Assembly: GCF_001194135.2 (NCBI RefSeq)
Contig: NC_069000.1
Coordinates: 863,307 to 927,306, forward strand
Source of the DNA: Octopus bimaculoides
Taxonomy: Eukaryota
Reading direction: 5' to 3'
DNA: 64,000 bases
The notes under the pieces are model-generated. The model was not told the DNA's origin, did no database searches, and saw only the letters and a list, made by a program, of their open reading frames with translations. Below, piece after piece: positions 48,320 to 63,260 of the stretch. Made by a program: the position numbers and the translations under genes. Position 1 is the stretch's first letter, and each line of letters starts with the position of its first letter.

Positions 48320-51300
48320 GGTAGTTGTGAGCTGGCAGAATTGTTGCCATGCTGGACGAAATGCTTAGCAGCATTCCTTCCGGTTCTCCAAGGCCAGATT
48401 TGCCTTTTGTCCTTTTATGGTCAATAAAATAAGTACCAACTGAGTAGTTGGCTTCCCCTAAAATTGCTGGCCTTGTGCCTAAATCAGAAATTTCTTTTTT
48501 CGGTCATCTTATCAATGCACAATTTGGATGAGGAGCATTTTGTGCTTTTTGTAGGAAAGCTTTTCTTCTTTTCTTCTTTTCTTCTTTTCTTCTTTTCTCT
48601 TCTGAATCTGATTAAGATACGTTTCCTGTCCTGTGTCCACTCCTGAGTTAAGGTCAAGTTTTTCAACAAACATCCTTACACATAATGCATCATCTCTCTT
48701 TCTCTCCCTCTCTCCCTCCTCCCCTTCCTCTCTCTCTCTCTCTCTCACAGAGTCTCAATAAAGGTTTACTGGTTTTTATTTTATTGTTTATTTAATTACA
48801 GGTGGATCAGGAGAGCAGAAAGAATTGGTTCAGTTACAAATTTTATACAAAGCTCGTGGACGAAAAGTGGACGAATTGAGTCAGGAATTATCCAACTTGA
48901 AGAAAGAGATGGAGGAGGAAGTGGAACTTTTGCAGCAGAAAGTGATGGAAGTTGCGAAAGAACGAGAAGGGGCTGTTACAAGTCTGAAGATTTGTCAGGA
49001 ATTGTTAGAACAATCGAAAACGGAGGTGAGCCAGATGAAGGGTCAACTAGCAACATCGGAGACCTTGGCTCAAGCATTGACTAAAAGCAAAGAAGAAGTT
49101 ATTGGCAAGCTGATGTCTGCTGAATCGGCAATTGAATCACTCAATCATCAAGTTGAAGAACTCAGTAAAAGTGAGACTCTTGAGCGAGCCCGTCTCCAGC
49201 ACGACTCAATCATTGAAGGCCTGCAACATCGTTATCAGAAAGAAATCAATATTTTGAACAAAGAGATAGATTCTCTAACACAGGATAACAAAAGCCGTGA
49301 GGAAGAGGTGTCCATGTTGAAGAGACAATTGAACGATGCCTTGAAAAATGTGGAAAACGCTCAGATCAACCGAGCTGAAACAATCAACCGGTTGACTCGA
49401 ACATTAGAAGAAAGTCAACGACAGTGCCAACATTTACTGCAAGCGTCTGCTCAGTCCAATTCTTCCAGCCAACAACTGACAGACTTCCAGAACCGCTTGC
49501 AACAAGCTGAATCGGCTAAGAGGGCAGCAGAAGAGAAATTTGCTGATTTTCAGCAGGAATTGAAGAGTCTTAAATTTCAATTGTCAATGTTTGATTCAGC
49601 TTCCAAACTCGGTGTTTTTGCTTCCAAAGAACCTGATAAAGCAAATTCAAATTTGGAGAATTCTTTCCAGGAATTAGGTATCAAAAAGAAGCTTGTTTTC
49701 TCTACTCCAGAAACCAGTTTGAGTGAAGACTCAGGGAATGAATCCCAAATTCGAGGATTGAAGCATGAACTGGAAAGATGTTTGATAAACAACCGGGAAA
49801 AGCAGGCATATATTGAGGAACTGCGAGAGAGTGTGCAGAAGCTGCAGAAAGAAATTTCAGATTGGCAATTAAGGTGTTCGAAATCTGAAGAAACCATTGA
49901 AGCACTGAAGGTGAGGAAGAATTCAAGTTTCGAAGAAAGTTTATTACAAAAAGAACTTGAGGCAACCCGAGATGAAGTGGCCCAGTGTCAAAAAGACAAC
50001 CAGAATTACAAAGAACGTCTCCGACTTGCAAAAGAAGTTGAAACTCAATTGAAAGCATGTAATGACGATCTCGAGTCTAAACTGGAAAATATCAGAGAGA
50101 AATGTGATGCTGAAAAAGTTAGTGCCTTAGAACAGTGTAAAAAAACATATGAAACATTTCAGGATGATGTGAAAGAAAGGTTATTCTTGGACTTGCAGAC
50201 ACAGTATGATGAAAAACATGCTTTGGTTGTGAGTGAGTGTGAAAAGAAACTTTCATTTTTGAAGAGCAATTTGGAAGCTGCTCTTACACGAGAAGATGAG
50301 TTGAAAGAGATTTATGTGTCTGTTTGTCAGGAAAAGAGTCAATTAGAAGATCAACTGGCACAGCAGACGACAGATTTACAAGAAAATAATGCAAATGGAA
50401 CACCCAGGCTTTCTAAACCTGATTGCTTAGAAGTTGCCAGTGTTGAAGTCCAGTGTCTGTTGGACACCGAATGTAACTCATCATCCAAAGATGTTCTCGG
50501 ATCAGAATTGGAACAAGAAATGAAAGAGCGTCTATTGGTAAAAATCCAAGAGGAAATTGCTGCTGAAACACAAGAGAAACTGGAAGCTGTTCGCCAACAA
50601 GTGATCGATGGTTTCCAGAAAGAACGTGATGACGAACTAGAAAATTACAAAAAGGCTCTCCAAGAGAAAATTGAAGATGAAGTCAGGAAAGAATGGATGG
50701 TTGCTCAAAAGAATAATCAAATTCCTGTAGGGATCCAGGTTTGTTTGGATGAAAGTGAGGATAATAATGAAGAATATATTGAGAAACTGAGGACTGAGCT
50801 GCTTGCAGAAATTGATAAAGAAAAGCAAAATGAATGGCTCCAACGAGAAACGGAAATTAAAAAGGAACATCTTGAAGAAATTAAACAATTACAGAGGGAA
50901 TTGCAACAAAAGAGTGAAAATCCTGAAATTGGGTTTGGATTTTCTATTTCATCTCAGATTATGAAAGAACGAAGAGAAGAGGAGAGACAGAGAATAAAGT
51001 CCGGTGTGGATGCTGCCAAGATTGAATGGCAGCATCTTCATGAGTCAAGGCTAGAGATGGAGGTGAAGAGGAAGATTGCAGCCGAGAAGGAAGTGTGGCA
51101 GAAGGATGTAGTAGCAGAATGTCAGAAAGAATGGCAGGGACGATTGCAGAAAGAGAAGACAAAATGGGAGAATTGTGCTAAAGAGCAACAGCAGAAAGCT
51201 TTGGTTGCTGCTGTGGAAATGGCCAAGAACAACTGGGCCAAACGTCAAGAAGTTCACCGAGATGAAATGCAAAAGAAACTGGAGCAGGAAAAGATGAATT

Positions 51301-53660
51301 TACAGAAAGAACACAAGGTATGGTTGAGTAAATTGTTGTCTCTGTTTACAGCTCAGTGGCCTGGGCTTGTAAGATGTAAATGTTTGAACAATGTTACATA
51401 GGGATATGAACCAGTGACCCTCTGGCTTGTAGTTGATTCGTTCATCTGTGACTTTGATAACTGAACTGTAGTGTCATGGGATATCGCAAAACAATGATGT
51501 TTAAAAGAGGAAATGCATAATAAAGTCATTAATTCTATAAAAGAAAATATATTTTAGCCTGAAACATTTCAACAGCAACTTTTTATCATAATTTTTCTCA
51601 GGGTAGCCATGTATCTCCTCCTCTATAGCAAGACATTTGTTCCTGTCCCTTGATCTTAATTTAGTCTCACATCACCTGGCATAGAGCCACCCCCACCCCT
51701 CACCCCTCACTTAGGGTGTCATGCAAGTAACTTGGTAACCTCACCAGTACTTAGTGTCATGTAAAAAGCACCCACTACGATCTGTAAAGCAGTTGGTATT
51801 AGGAAGGGCATCCAGCTGAAGGAACCAAGCCAAAGCAGACAACGGAGCTTGGCAGCTTCCTCCCTCGTGATGTGAAATTTGTTGAAATATTGTCATCAAT
51901 TAAATCAAGATCAATAAATTATCTGATTCTTTATTGATCCCTGAAAAATAACAGCCGGTCTTGTTGAGATTTGAACTCAGCTTCCAAAGGGCAGTAACTA
52001 AATACCACATGACATTTTGTCTGATGCTTAACCGATTTTTTCCATCCACCATTCTATTAAACTCATATTAACTCAAATAGATGTAAGAACAATGTTTAAA
52101 AAGAATTCCTTTTGGTATTTGAAGATTGCTTGGATGGAAGCAGCCAATCCCAGAGTCAGGAGAGCATCATGTGGAATGTGTTTGGGATATTTGTTGGGAT
52201 TCTTTACACTTTGGGGTCAGTTCCTGTTGAGGTCAACTGCTTTTCATCGTTTATTTATTTATTTTGAATGTGGAGGGGGTCAGTAGAAAAGTTCTCTTCT
52301 AGATTGTCAGAATGGTGTGAACATTGGAAGGAATGCTTTGACATAGTTGTTCCAGCTTCTTGCATTCCGACATTAATGTCTGTGATGAAACTGGTGCCAA
52401 GTTGTATCGGCTCTGACTTTTTGCTCTTAGATGACCATCAACGCCATGGAGTGGGGGAAGCTTGCAAGCATGAGTCACAGCTAGTCTCCTACCACAAACA
52501 CATAAGAACCTTGTCCAGGCCTTACCCCTGGAGACAACCTTCCAGGTGCAGTAACCCATGGTTGATAATGATTGAGAGGGGCCCCCTATCATTTGGACAA
52601 TTTTTCTTGTGAGTTGTTTCGGGAATGGATTTTTGTAATGTTGAATATTTTATGTAGAGAAATCCAGAACTTTTTTTGAATGAAACTTTTGGTTTCTTTT
52701 GTGTAGGAAGAGCAGGGTCAATGGCAATAACTTTTACAGGGCCTTTAAGACTGGATATTAAGACAAAGCTGATGGGGGCAGGGGCAGTGATGAGGATAAG
52801 GAAATAAAGCAGTGTTTTGTTTTTTTATGCTGGTTTTTTTTTTTTTGCCAGGAAAAGCTGCAGATATTATTGAATCAACTGCAGAGTGAATATTGGACAA
52901 GTGTGAGCAGTATACAGAAGAATCTGGTCCGATATTTGTCCGAAAACAGCTTCCGAATGCAGCAATTGATTTACTTGTCTGAGAGAAATCCAATGACCAC
53001 TAATCTGTGGGACAGGTTAAACTTCCACAACATTTCGGATGTCAACAGCCGCCAAATCACAAACATTTCTCATAGGTTGGTATCACTTTAGGAATTGCAT
53101 TCATTGCCAAGTTTCTTGTCTTATATTAATATCCACACCCTCCCCCACATCCTGCATGTACTCAAGCAAATAAGCCTCAAATATGGTTGCTTGACACACT
53201 AGAAATAGCAACCAGATCTCACTCAAACATACACAATTGTTTTAAAAATGGAAGGACAATGAGGGAGCCTTTCAACATAGTCATTCAACCTGTAGAAATA
53301 ACAGACAAATTTCCCTCAAAATCAGACCCTACTGTCTTAGAGAAGAAGAGGACATAAATCATGTACCCCTTAGATAGCTCCACTAAAATAAGGGATGGTC
53401 AAGGTTGGAAAGGCTTTGATCATGGATTGCAAATTTAAAAATAAGTCCTGGGTTTGATTTCATCTATGATACCCTACAAAATGGTGCCCCAGCATGGGCT
53501 ACAATCCAATGACTAAAACAAGTAAAACATTGTTATTAAAATGAAACCCATCAGCCACTTATTTCATTAGAAATGTGGCCTCAAAAGAGTTGAATCCCCC
53601 CCCCCCTGAAATTTGTTTATTGCAGATAAATGGGAAGTTTGAGTTTTTCTTTTTTTTAAG

Positions 53661-53701
<41 letters not shown>

Positions 53702-53837
53702 CAGAGCCGACCACCACCAGCTGCAGCCTCAGCCGTTTGTGCCAAGACCCTTCAACTCAGGAGATGGACAAGTTTTGAACAGAATAGAAGAGAACAGTGA
53801 AAGTTCGTATTTCGAAATATCGGAAGAATTACGGTGA
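43690..53837 (+). CDS. CEP152: CEP152/Asterless, 1329 aa; exons 43690-43785, 44517-44659, 46311-46900, 47431-47718, 48802-51317, 52852-53075, 53705-53837
   Basis: All junctions are GT-AG in phase. N-terminal SINFDAAAL..DEAEY..EELRQLL; VQLQILYKARGRKV; SETLERARLQHDSII; INRLTRTLEESQRQCQHLLQ; SASKLG; FQELGIKK; LERCLINNREK, all matching CEP152 as recalled. Confidence 0.95.
45830..46196 (+). mobile_element. Helentron-associated non-autonomous element (HINE/DINE-1-like) in CEP152 intron 2
   Basis: GTTTGTTTGTCTGTC block, TGGATGGATT...ATGAAACTTT, subterminal CTTGGCAGAGGT and 3' hairpin GCACTC-TCT-GAGTGC. Confidence 0.7.
48112..48490 (+). mobile_element. Two tandem copies of the same tRNA-derived SINE, separated by (ATT)n
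   Basis: GAGCTG(A/G)CAGAAT...AAATGCT...GGTCAAT...GCTGGCCTTGTGCC present twice. Confidence 0.7.
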
Positions 53838-54383
53838 ACTCTTTGATGGCAATCACTGAAGAATGTTGTCAATTAAGCAACATAGCTGAGATGGTTCTTG
53901 TCACTGTAGTCATTGTACTATATTCTTCAACGGATGGATGGATAAAAGTCTGTTAGACAGTCTCCCAGGTTTGTCCCATTCCATTTTCTCATTGACCAAC
54001 ATCCACCATTACACGTTTGTGGTCAGATTTCTGTTACACAAACTGGTCACCAGTTGCTATTCATCATAACCGGACTTGTGGTGGGCATCATCATATCCAG
54101 ACCACTGTCTTTCTGTGTCCAGTCAAGCTGATGGTTAGTTTTAACCATTGACCACTGTCTCTTAAGTTTTTGAACTCTGACAAACTTGTTCTTGAACACT
54201 GACCACTCAGTGTGGATGGCCAGATATGATTGCTGTCCATTTCTTACATTAACTGAGGTGCTACGGACCATTTAATCTCAATGTAAGTGCCATCCATTAA
54301 CACTGTATATATGACTGTTTGTACGTTTGTGTAAATATTTATAAGTGTATATAGTAAAATACCAGTATGTATAAATGTGTGTC

Positions 54384-54419
<36 letters not shown>

Positions 54420-57400
54420 CAAATAAATAAATAAAACTTCATGTTTCAGCTCTGATGAGGTTATAAGGTTTTGCACTGGCACTCAACTCTGGGGCCACAG
54501 TTCCTTGCAGCCAAAATAACTGTAAGCTAATGGAGATTATTACATAACTCCAGTTCTTTTGTCATTCATTAGTCATTAATGCTCACTCACACACATGGAT
54601 AAATTCCAGATCTGAATGAGATTTTCTTTTGAGATGAATTTATACATATGTGTATGATGATGATGATGATGATGTGTATGTATTCCAGATGTAATAGGGG
54701 TATTTTCTCCCTAGATAAATTACAGATTTGGAAGGCTGTAAATAAGAGAATGGTCGAAGCAGAATGTCTGGCAATACCATCATCATCATCATCATCATCA
54801 TTTAATGTCTCCTCCATTTGTTGGCACAGTTGGATGATTTGACGAGATCTAATGAGTTGGGCCGTATCATGCTCCAATCATCATCGTACGTCCGTGTTTC
54901 CATGCTGGCATGGGTTGGACGGGTTTGTCACAATAATCCCTCACCATCTGATACAATGAGTAAAACAACACAGCACTCGATTCAGCCCAGGACTGAATTC
55001 TAAGAGCAAAAGAAACTGAGGAGTTGTAACATTCAAATTTTGTTTTGGGAGTTTTTGGTGAAGTGAAGAGTTTCAACTTGAAACTAAAGCAGCTCATCAT
55101 ATCTTACTGGATTTGAAAACCTCAGGGTTGATATATCAAAAGCGAACTTAACCCTCAGGATCTGCAAATATACTCTAACGAGAGCAATTTTGTTTGATTG
55201 TACCCCTGGAAGACGCAAAAGCAAACAGCCACATGGCTTTGCAGTTACAACAGAAAATAATATTTCTGCTAATTAGCAAATCATAGACACAAAACCAAAT
55301 GTAATCACCTGCTTTTGGGTCTCCTTAGGGTTTAGTCAACCCCCACCACCACTAAAGCATACTCACAGGTGTTAATTTATAGACTTTAAGAAACAGGACA
55401 TCAGAATCTCTTACTGATGTCTTCTCTCTTGGGATAAATTTCTTAACGACACCATATTTGTAACGAATTAAAGAAAATTGCATAAAACTCTTTTAGATGA
55501 AATGTCCACAGCAGTTTATTTTCAAAAGCTATTTGAATTTTATAATTTTTATAAACAGAAAATAACATTAAATTGTACAAATGAATTCACATTAAAAAGT
55601 AAAAAGAAAATGAAAAAAATTATATTTGGAATGTTTGCTTTGTAATTAGTTTATTATCATTATTTTATTTTATTATATTTTCGTAATGAGATGACTAACT
55701 ATGACAAACACAAAGCCGTGGACTATGATGAGGATGAGGATGATGATGATGATGAAGAGGAGGATGATGGCGGTGGTGGAATTGAAATAAACTGTCATGA
55801 CAGGTGAAGTTAAAAAAAAAAACAAAAAAAAGTCAGTGAACCAGAAACAATTCACTGGAGGAGAAAGAAAGAAAAATAGTCAAAACAAATCTGGAAGCTT
55901 AACGGGATTAAAATGAAAGAAAAGATGGAAGAATTGAGGTTTCCAGAGGCACTAAGTCACTATTGAAGTTAAAATGGCTGGTAGCATTAAAATATATATA
56001 TATTAGGAGGGGAGGTCTCTTCAAGAGACCCTTATTTTAAACCAAATCCATTCTCTGACAAAAGAGAAAGAGAAGCCTCGAATTAGCAATGATGCTTATG
56101 GGCAGTCACTCAAAATGCAAGAAATAGTAGCCAAATTATATCCTAGCATCATTTAAAAAAGGACATGAATTCAGATAATGTGAAACCTAGATACTGCTAA
56201 AAAGACTGGTTACAGCTGAAATGACTTCAGTCATAAATCTGCTTGATCAGGATTGACTAAAGACTAAACAAAAACAAAAAGTAAATTTTGTCAGTTTTGG
56301 TTCCTTAGAAATCAGAAATGTAATTTTGAAGAATCATGTAACAAATAAATAATGGTTTCTAATATAGGGACAAGACCAGCAGTTTTGAGGGGAGGGGTAA
56401 GTTGATATCATTCACCCCAGTACTTGACCCTCAAAAGGATGAATGGCAAAGTTAACCTTGGTGGGATTTGAACTCAGAATGTAAAGAGATGGAACAAATG
56501 CTGCTGCATGGTCGTTTTTTTTCCCAAGCTCTTAATGATTCCGCCAGCTTTGCTGCCTTTCATGAAATCAATTCCCTTTCCAATTCTGGCACAAGGCCAG
56601 CAATCCTTGACTGATACTGGAGGGAGGAAAGGTAAAGTTAACCTCAGCAGGATTTGAACTCAGAATGTAAAGAGCCAAAAGAAATACCACCAGGGATTTT
56701 GTTTGATGCTCCACCGATTCTGCCAGCTCAGCAAATATTAGTTATTTCCTACAAAAGTGGGACTGTGGTGTATAAAACCCAGCTTTTGTATTTGGATATA
56801 AATACAAGTAAAAAGGATTTGAAACTGGGGGGAAGAACACATCAGTGAGAAATTTAAGTTCTTTTGTGTTGTGTTTAATATATTTGTCTAAAGTATTTTA
56901 CTGAAGACAGACATTTAGGCAAGATTTGACCTTATTAAATGAACAAACAAACAAAACTAATTGTTTATATAGAGGGATACTTAAAACTGTCCTTTTGTAA
57001 GGAGTGAAGAGAGAGAAAAAAAAAATTCTGCCTGAAGGAATCAATAATTGATCAATTATTGACCTGGCAGTGAAAATTGAGGTAGCAGAATGGATGAAAC
57101 GAAGGACCAAAAGTCAGTTGCAATATACAAGCCGCTTCACTGAGAGTTTACAACCATTCTACAATGTTTGTACGGTCTTACAAATATTAGGTGATGAAAA
57201 TTAATTTTACATCACAAGACAGCTTTTAAGTAGAGAAAGTGTTTGCTTAGAAACAAAATATTTTATAATAAACTGTGAACAAAGGTTACACAAGTGAAAA
57301 TCTTGGACAATATTTTGATTGGAATTCCTTCACTTAGCATAAAGTCTACTAATGATTGAAAATGGAATTTAAAAAGAAAATTGTCTTCAGAATTATGCAT

Positions 57401-60400
57401 AAATACATTAGTTTATCCAACAAAAAACAACTGGCTTTTATGAAAATTTGCTGCTGGCATTAGATAAATACATAATTCTTAGAAAGTTAATCCAAGAGAT
57501 TTGGAGTGAGGAATAGCAAAGCTGCATCTCCTTCACTTTACATGAAATAACTAAGCCATAGATTTGGTTCAGTTGGAACCCCTATTTACAACAGTGAATG
57601 GCATGAGTAAATAAGGGACAACAGAGGAAATGTCAGAAGTGGAGCAAGGAGGAGCAACAACAAGAAATTGTAAGAAGCTCTCAATTTGGGGTTAAAAATG
57701 AGCTTTCTCCATATCTTTAAATTTAGTCTTCTATCAACATTGTTTATAAAACCTTGACAAATTTTTCCAGTTTGCAAGACCAACAAAGAATCATATGATT
57801 AAAGCTTAAACTTCTGATTCACTCATTACAAACCTCTCTAAAGCAGCATGAACCATTAGTAACTAATTAGGTATTCAAAGTTAAATAGAAGTAAAGACTG
57901 GTGTTTACTTGGATAGCAATCTTGTTATATCATCACACAACATGGCAGACTGGTAGAATTTTCAAAACAGAATTTAGATCTGTATCCTATCTGGTAATCA
58001 CTAAAGACTAGTTTGGTGTCTGTGCTGAGAGTAACCTGCATCTAATTCTCTTTTCATTAAGGAATTACTTTCTCTCAATGGTTTTGTGGCACCTCAAAGC
58101 TGTCAAATGCCCAAAAAGCTTAAATTAGAAGTAAAAAGAATCTTCTAAAATATACAATGACAATTGTTATAAATATCTGCTCATACCACGTGGCCAGTAA
58201 ATTAGTAAAACCTTAAATTACAAGTCCGAGACTATCACGACAATACCAAATTTTTACCATCATTCTATTGGTTAATTGCTACTTTGTGGTGGTGGTAGTT
58301 TGAATGAAATCTAAAATATGACCTTACTTTTGGCTGATGAAGAACACAAATGAAGAGACATTTAAATTTTTTTTAACTATTTTCTTGCATGGTTTTTTTT
58401 TTTTTTTAAGCTATAAATTTTACCCATCAAAATACTTCAATAGAAAATTGAATTGTAAACAACAAGTCATTTCATTTTTCTTATCTTAAGAGAAAGAACA
58501 GCCTTGGCCCTTTTGACCCAAGACCAACCTTGAATGCTTGGAGTAGAGGGGACTCAATTCGAGGCATTCAAGGACCCAAATGTAAAGTTAAATTGGACAG
58601 ATTAAACCTCAAAAAGAAACTGACTTTTATCTTAATTGCATTTACAATTAAAATCCTGTAACATTAAATAAAACAATTTAGTTGACCNNNNNNNNNNNNN
58701 NNNNNNNNNNNNNNNNNNNNNNNNNNNNNNNNNNNNNNNNNNNNNNNTTTTCTCTTTGAAGATTATATAAAATCTGAGAAATAAAGTTTTTTTACTTTTC
58801 ATATATATATATTTCACATGAACATATCAAATAATCTTGGTCAACAAAGAAGTGTTAAGTTTGAAAATCGGCCAGCAAAGTTTTGCCAATCTAATTTATA
58901 GAATGGGAATCCAAAACAATGAAACCAGAATTTCAAAAAATTCTAAAGTTGTTGCTTAAACTTTCAATGACGGAACTCCACATGGTCACTCAATATGCTA
59001 AAAACAGCAGCCAAACCTCCTTTAAATCCCATCCTACTATCTTAAATGAAAGGACATATTAGATAATGTAGTCTACTGACTGCAAAAAAAAAAAAAAACA
59101 ACAATGGGGTGTTTATAGCAATAAATGCTTTTGAAGAAAAGGTTCCTTAATCAAAGAAAGCCTGAGGTTTGACAATGGCAACAAAGACGAGGAAAATCTT
59201 TAAAGAATTAATTGAAATGAAAATAAATATCCTCAAGCAACTTCAAAATGGATTTTTTAAAATCAAACTTCAGGAAAATAGCAGCAGCAGCAGACTGACA
59301 AAACTTTCTCTTTATCTTCTAATTCAAATATTCCTCCAATCACCGACCTGCAATAGTTCCAACTTAAAACATTGTCTTAAATTCTTCTAGGAATTCCAAT
59401 ATAGAACCCTCCGACCACACACTATTGAGAGAGAATATATATAGAAAGACTGTTTCTACTTGCCAACAGAGATACCAGAAACACAAATGGTAAAACACAG
59501 ACGTAGGCATTACAATTTCAAAATTGTCTTCCAAATTATTTATATAAACCAGAAACCATTTGATGCAACAACTGAGAATGGGAAAAAAAAAAATCAAAAG
59601 TTATATCTTAATTAAAAATAATTTTTAAAGAACCCAACCACCATCACAAACGATGAAAAAAAGAAAATTTACTCACTTTTTAATAAACCCTGGAGAAAAA
59701 AAAGATCAAATTTCTGTTCTTAATGTTTTTTCAGTGGTTTGCCTCATGAGGATCTCCAAAGACAGGTAAGACAGGAGGAAATATTCCTTAGATGAGAATT
59801 CTTATAGAGTCGACTCCATCAAAGGCATCCCCAGACCAAGCGGTGGTCTTGTCAAGCCAAGTGATGGCTTAAGTCTACCAAAGAATGCTCCTTCCAATGA
59901 GTTTCAACACGGTTTCTCCTTTACCAAATTTCACTTTGACTAAAGCAATGATAGAAGACTCAACCAAAGTGCCACACTATGGAATGGCACCTGAAACTAT
60001 GAAGCAAGAGTATTAATCACACAGTCAGACCTATGAACAGAGCAAAACCAAATATTTGAAAGAAGAATAGAACCTGTTGAACTTCAACCAACAAAGCTAA
60101 AATCATTCACAGATCTTTCAACTAAATTTGCCAAACTCAGCAGAAATGAATTCTGATCCAATTCACTTTTGTGTGATGGAGACAGAATTGGTTAAAGAGG
60201 GCCATAGCTCAAGTGATTCCATGACAGACTTGCTTTCAGTCCCGAAAGCTTTCAGAAATCTCTTGTCAATGATTCTCAGTGTTCTGTTAACTTACAGCAA
60301 GGAGCTGAATGGATCCTTGGGTGTTGGTTAGACAAACTGAACCAAAAAAAGAGTGAAGTGCCTTGACTAAGGCAGACATTGGCAAGTAGCAGCTCTGGTG

Positions 60401-62913
60401 GCAGACTCTTCAGACACCAACAAGATATCTAAATCATTCTAATTAGCAGGCTGGTAACGAAGTGTTGCAAGTGACAAAACATTATGAATGCCTATAATAA
60501 TGGATTGGTTTAGATGTAAAGATTGGATTCTTCCCATGCCAGCATGGAAGAAAAGAACTGAAGAATTAATGACAATCATGACTTTGGTTCTTTTTTTTTT
60601 TTTTTTTTTTTNNNNNNNNNNNNNNNNNNNNNNNNNNNNNNNNNNNNNNNNNNNNNNNNNNNNNNNNNNNNNNNNNNNNNNNNNNNNNNNNNNNNNNNNN
60701 NNNNNNNNNNNNNNNNNNNNNNNNNNNNNNNNNNNNNNNNNNNNNNNNNNNNNNNNNNNNNNNNNNNNNNNNNNNNNNNNNNNNNNNNNNNNNNNNNNNN
60801 NNNNNNNNNNNNNNNNNNNNNNNNNNNNNNNNNNNNNNNNNNNNNNNNNNNNNNNNNNNNNNNNNNNNNNNNNNNNNNNNNNNNNNNNNNNNNNNNNNNN
60901 NNNNNNNNNNNNNNNNNNNNNNNNNNNNNNNNNNNNNNNNNNNNNNNNNNNNNNNNNNNNNNNNNNNNNGTTAAATATTGGAGGGTAAAACATTTGCCAA
61001 ATTAAAATGCCCAGGTAACATCTTAAGACACCTGAAAAATAGAAGATTTACAACTGAGTTCTTATATAAAAGTAGAAATTTCAAATGGAACATAAGATTT
61101 AATTAATCATTCTAAAACTTTGTAATAACTATTGGTGGTAGTCATGGTGGGAGGGAGGTTATTGCTGAAGTGATAAGTTTGATTTTTTTTCATCAGATTT
61201 ACTAACCTCATTGTTTGTGCTCTCTACACTACAAGTCTGTTTAGTCTTCAGTTTTGGGAGTGCAACATAAAGGGGGGGGGGGGTATTGAGATTCTGCATC
61301 ATTGGAAATGAGGAATTTTTGAGTTTGAACAGAAAAAGATAATGTATGCAGAAAAGTGCACATGTAAGACAAAAAAGAAAAAAGAAGGTTAGGTCAGTAT
61401 TGAGAGAATTGTGTCAATAAATAGTCCAAAATATATGATTATAGTTTGGAAGGAAAAAATTAAAGTGTTACCGCAGGAAAGATTAGGGAAGCGACAACAT
61501 TAGTGAAGTGGAAACATCACACAAAGTAACTCTACATTGATTGTCAATATGGAAACCACACAACATTCTTGCAGACTTAAAACAGAAAAGGTAGAATTCA
61601 TTCTGGTTACTAAGAGGAAAAACAAAATATTTAAGATGGAGAAAGATGCATGGAAGACAAAAAAAAAAGAAAAAGAAAAAAAACCTATTTCTTGATAATT
61701 TTCTTCAAATATTGACAATCAAGTTTCCATATTTATTTCTAATTGAAACTAGGACCAGATTAAGTATAAATATATGAAGCCTAAAGGCAAGAATTTTGTG
61801 TATTGCTCATATCTTTCAAAGAAGACCCTTTAATTCGAGTTTATAAAAGAATCCCTAAACAGTTGCCTTGTTTGGTCTAAATTTAAATTTAACTCTAGTT
61901 GAAACCAGAAACAGTTATGACAATGGACAGGTATCTAGAAGTAAGTTTAAAAAGAAAAATTCCAGCAGCAGAACATTGGTTCCAAGCTGCTGGCACCAAC
62001 CAGAGCCTGGGTTTGATTGGAGAAACCCCAGAATTTGTTGAATTTCTATCTTTCTCTAAAATCTTGTAAAGAGTAAATTGTTAATGCTGATATGTTTTAC
62101 ATGATGGAAACAAACAAACATGGAGCAAATTAGGAAATTCAAGAAAACTGATGTAAAAAGTAAAAAAAAAAAATTAAAATAATCTTTTTAAAACATTAAA
62201 ATAATTTTTTTAACACATTAAATTAGAAAAATATTAAATCCCAACATGGTACAAATTTGGCAAACTTTTTTTTGTTTAAAAGATATAAAAAAAATGTTTA
62301 TCACTTAATATTGAAATCCTTTTTTTATATATATATAATTATGAAGTAGATTTGTTAGAATGAAACAGCAGCTTAAAACTCTACATACACCTTACAAGAT
62401 CTGAAGATGCAAGCATTGGCAACTGAAAACTTACTGCAATTTTCCAGGGGAAACAGGGCAGAATTTCCTTGAGATTAAAAAAATAAAATAAATTTCTTCT
62501 CAAAATATAAAAAGAGGGGAAAAAAATGACTGCTCTGGGTTGAAAAAAAAAATACAAACTAAATGAAAATTTGAAGAAAAACCAATGGCAGGGAAATATG
62601 TTTGTTAGGATGTTAAGTTCAATAAGGATTGTAAACAATTTGTCAGGAATCATACACACTTTTCATATCTTTTGTAAATGTAGTTTGTCTAAGTAAAATT
62701 TGTTCAAAGGAATTTAAAAAGAAAAGCCATTATTTTAATGACTTTATTTAAGATTCCTTCCATTTTCTATAAACAGAAATTCTTGTTTTTTTTTTAAACA
62801 ATAAAAAAAATTCTAAACAAAATGTAATTTGTTAAGTAGAAGCCAACAGTGGAGAAAAGGAGATTCATTTTCTTCTGAGTGTCTGTAACCACACACACAC
62901 ACACACACTTTTG

Positions 62914-62952
<39 letters not shown>

Positions 62953-63260
62953 ATATATATACTTTTGCACACATACATCCACATATGTACAAAACCTCAC
63001 ACAAATATAATTCAGTCTTGGAAAGTAACAGAATTTTGTTTCTTCCAAACCAAGAAGGAGAGAGAGAGACATTGATAAAGAGAAGTTGATATTAAATAAG
63101 AGCTAAATCTAGATATCTTTAGATCTGTACACAGAAACCAATTTATACACAGCTTCCAGCACTAAGAAAGCATTAGATTGTCTCCCCTTCCTATAGTGTG
63201 ACGGTATTTCGAAGGGAGAGGTCGTGTTGCCATTGATGAGAAGCACAGGCAGGGTGGCAG

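Noticed and set aside
49577-51272. Antisense ORFs over CEP152, and similar shadow ORFs over KIAA1328 and the CARD gene
   Set aside because: Shadows of real coding exons.
54435-54470. CTGATGAG with nearby GTTTC; other CTGATGA hits at about 602, 32645, 39595 and 58337
   Set aside because: No correctly ordered stem II, GAAA and NUH elements.
63181-63220. 9-bp hairpin in the CCDC102A 3' UTR; nearby GCCATTGATGA resembles U3 box C
   Set aside because: Low-complexity stem, no other U3 boxes, no SECIS motif; compatible with chance.
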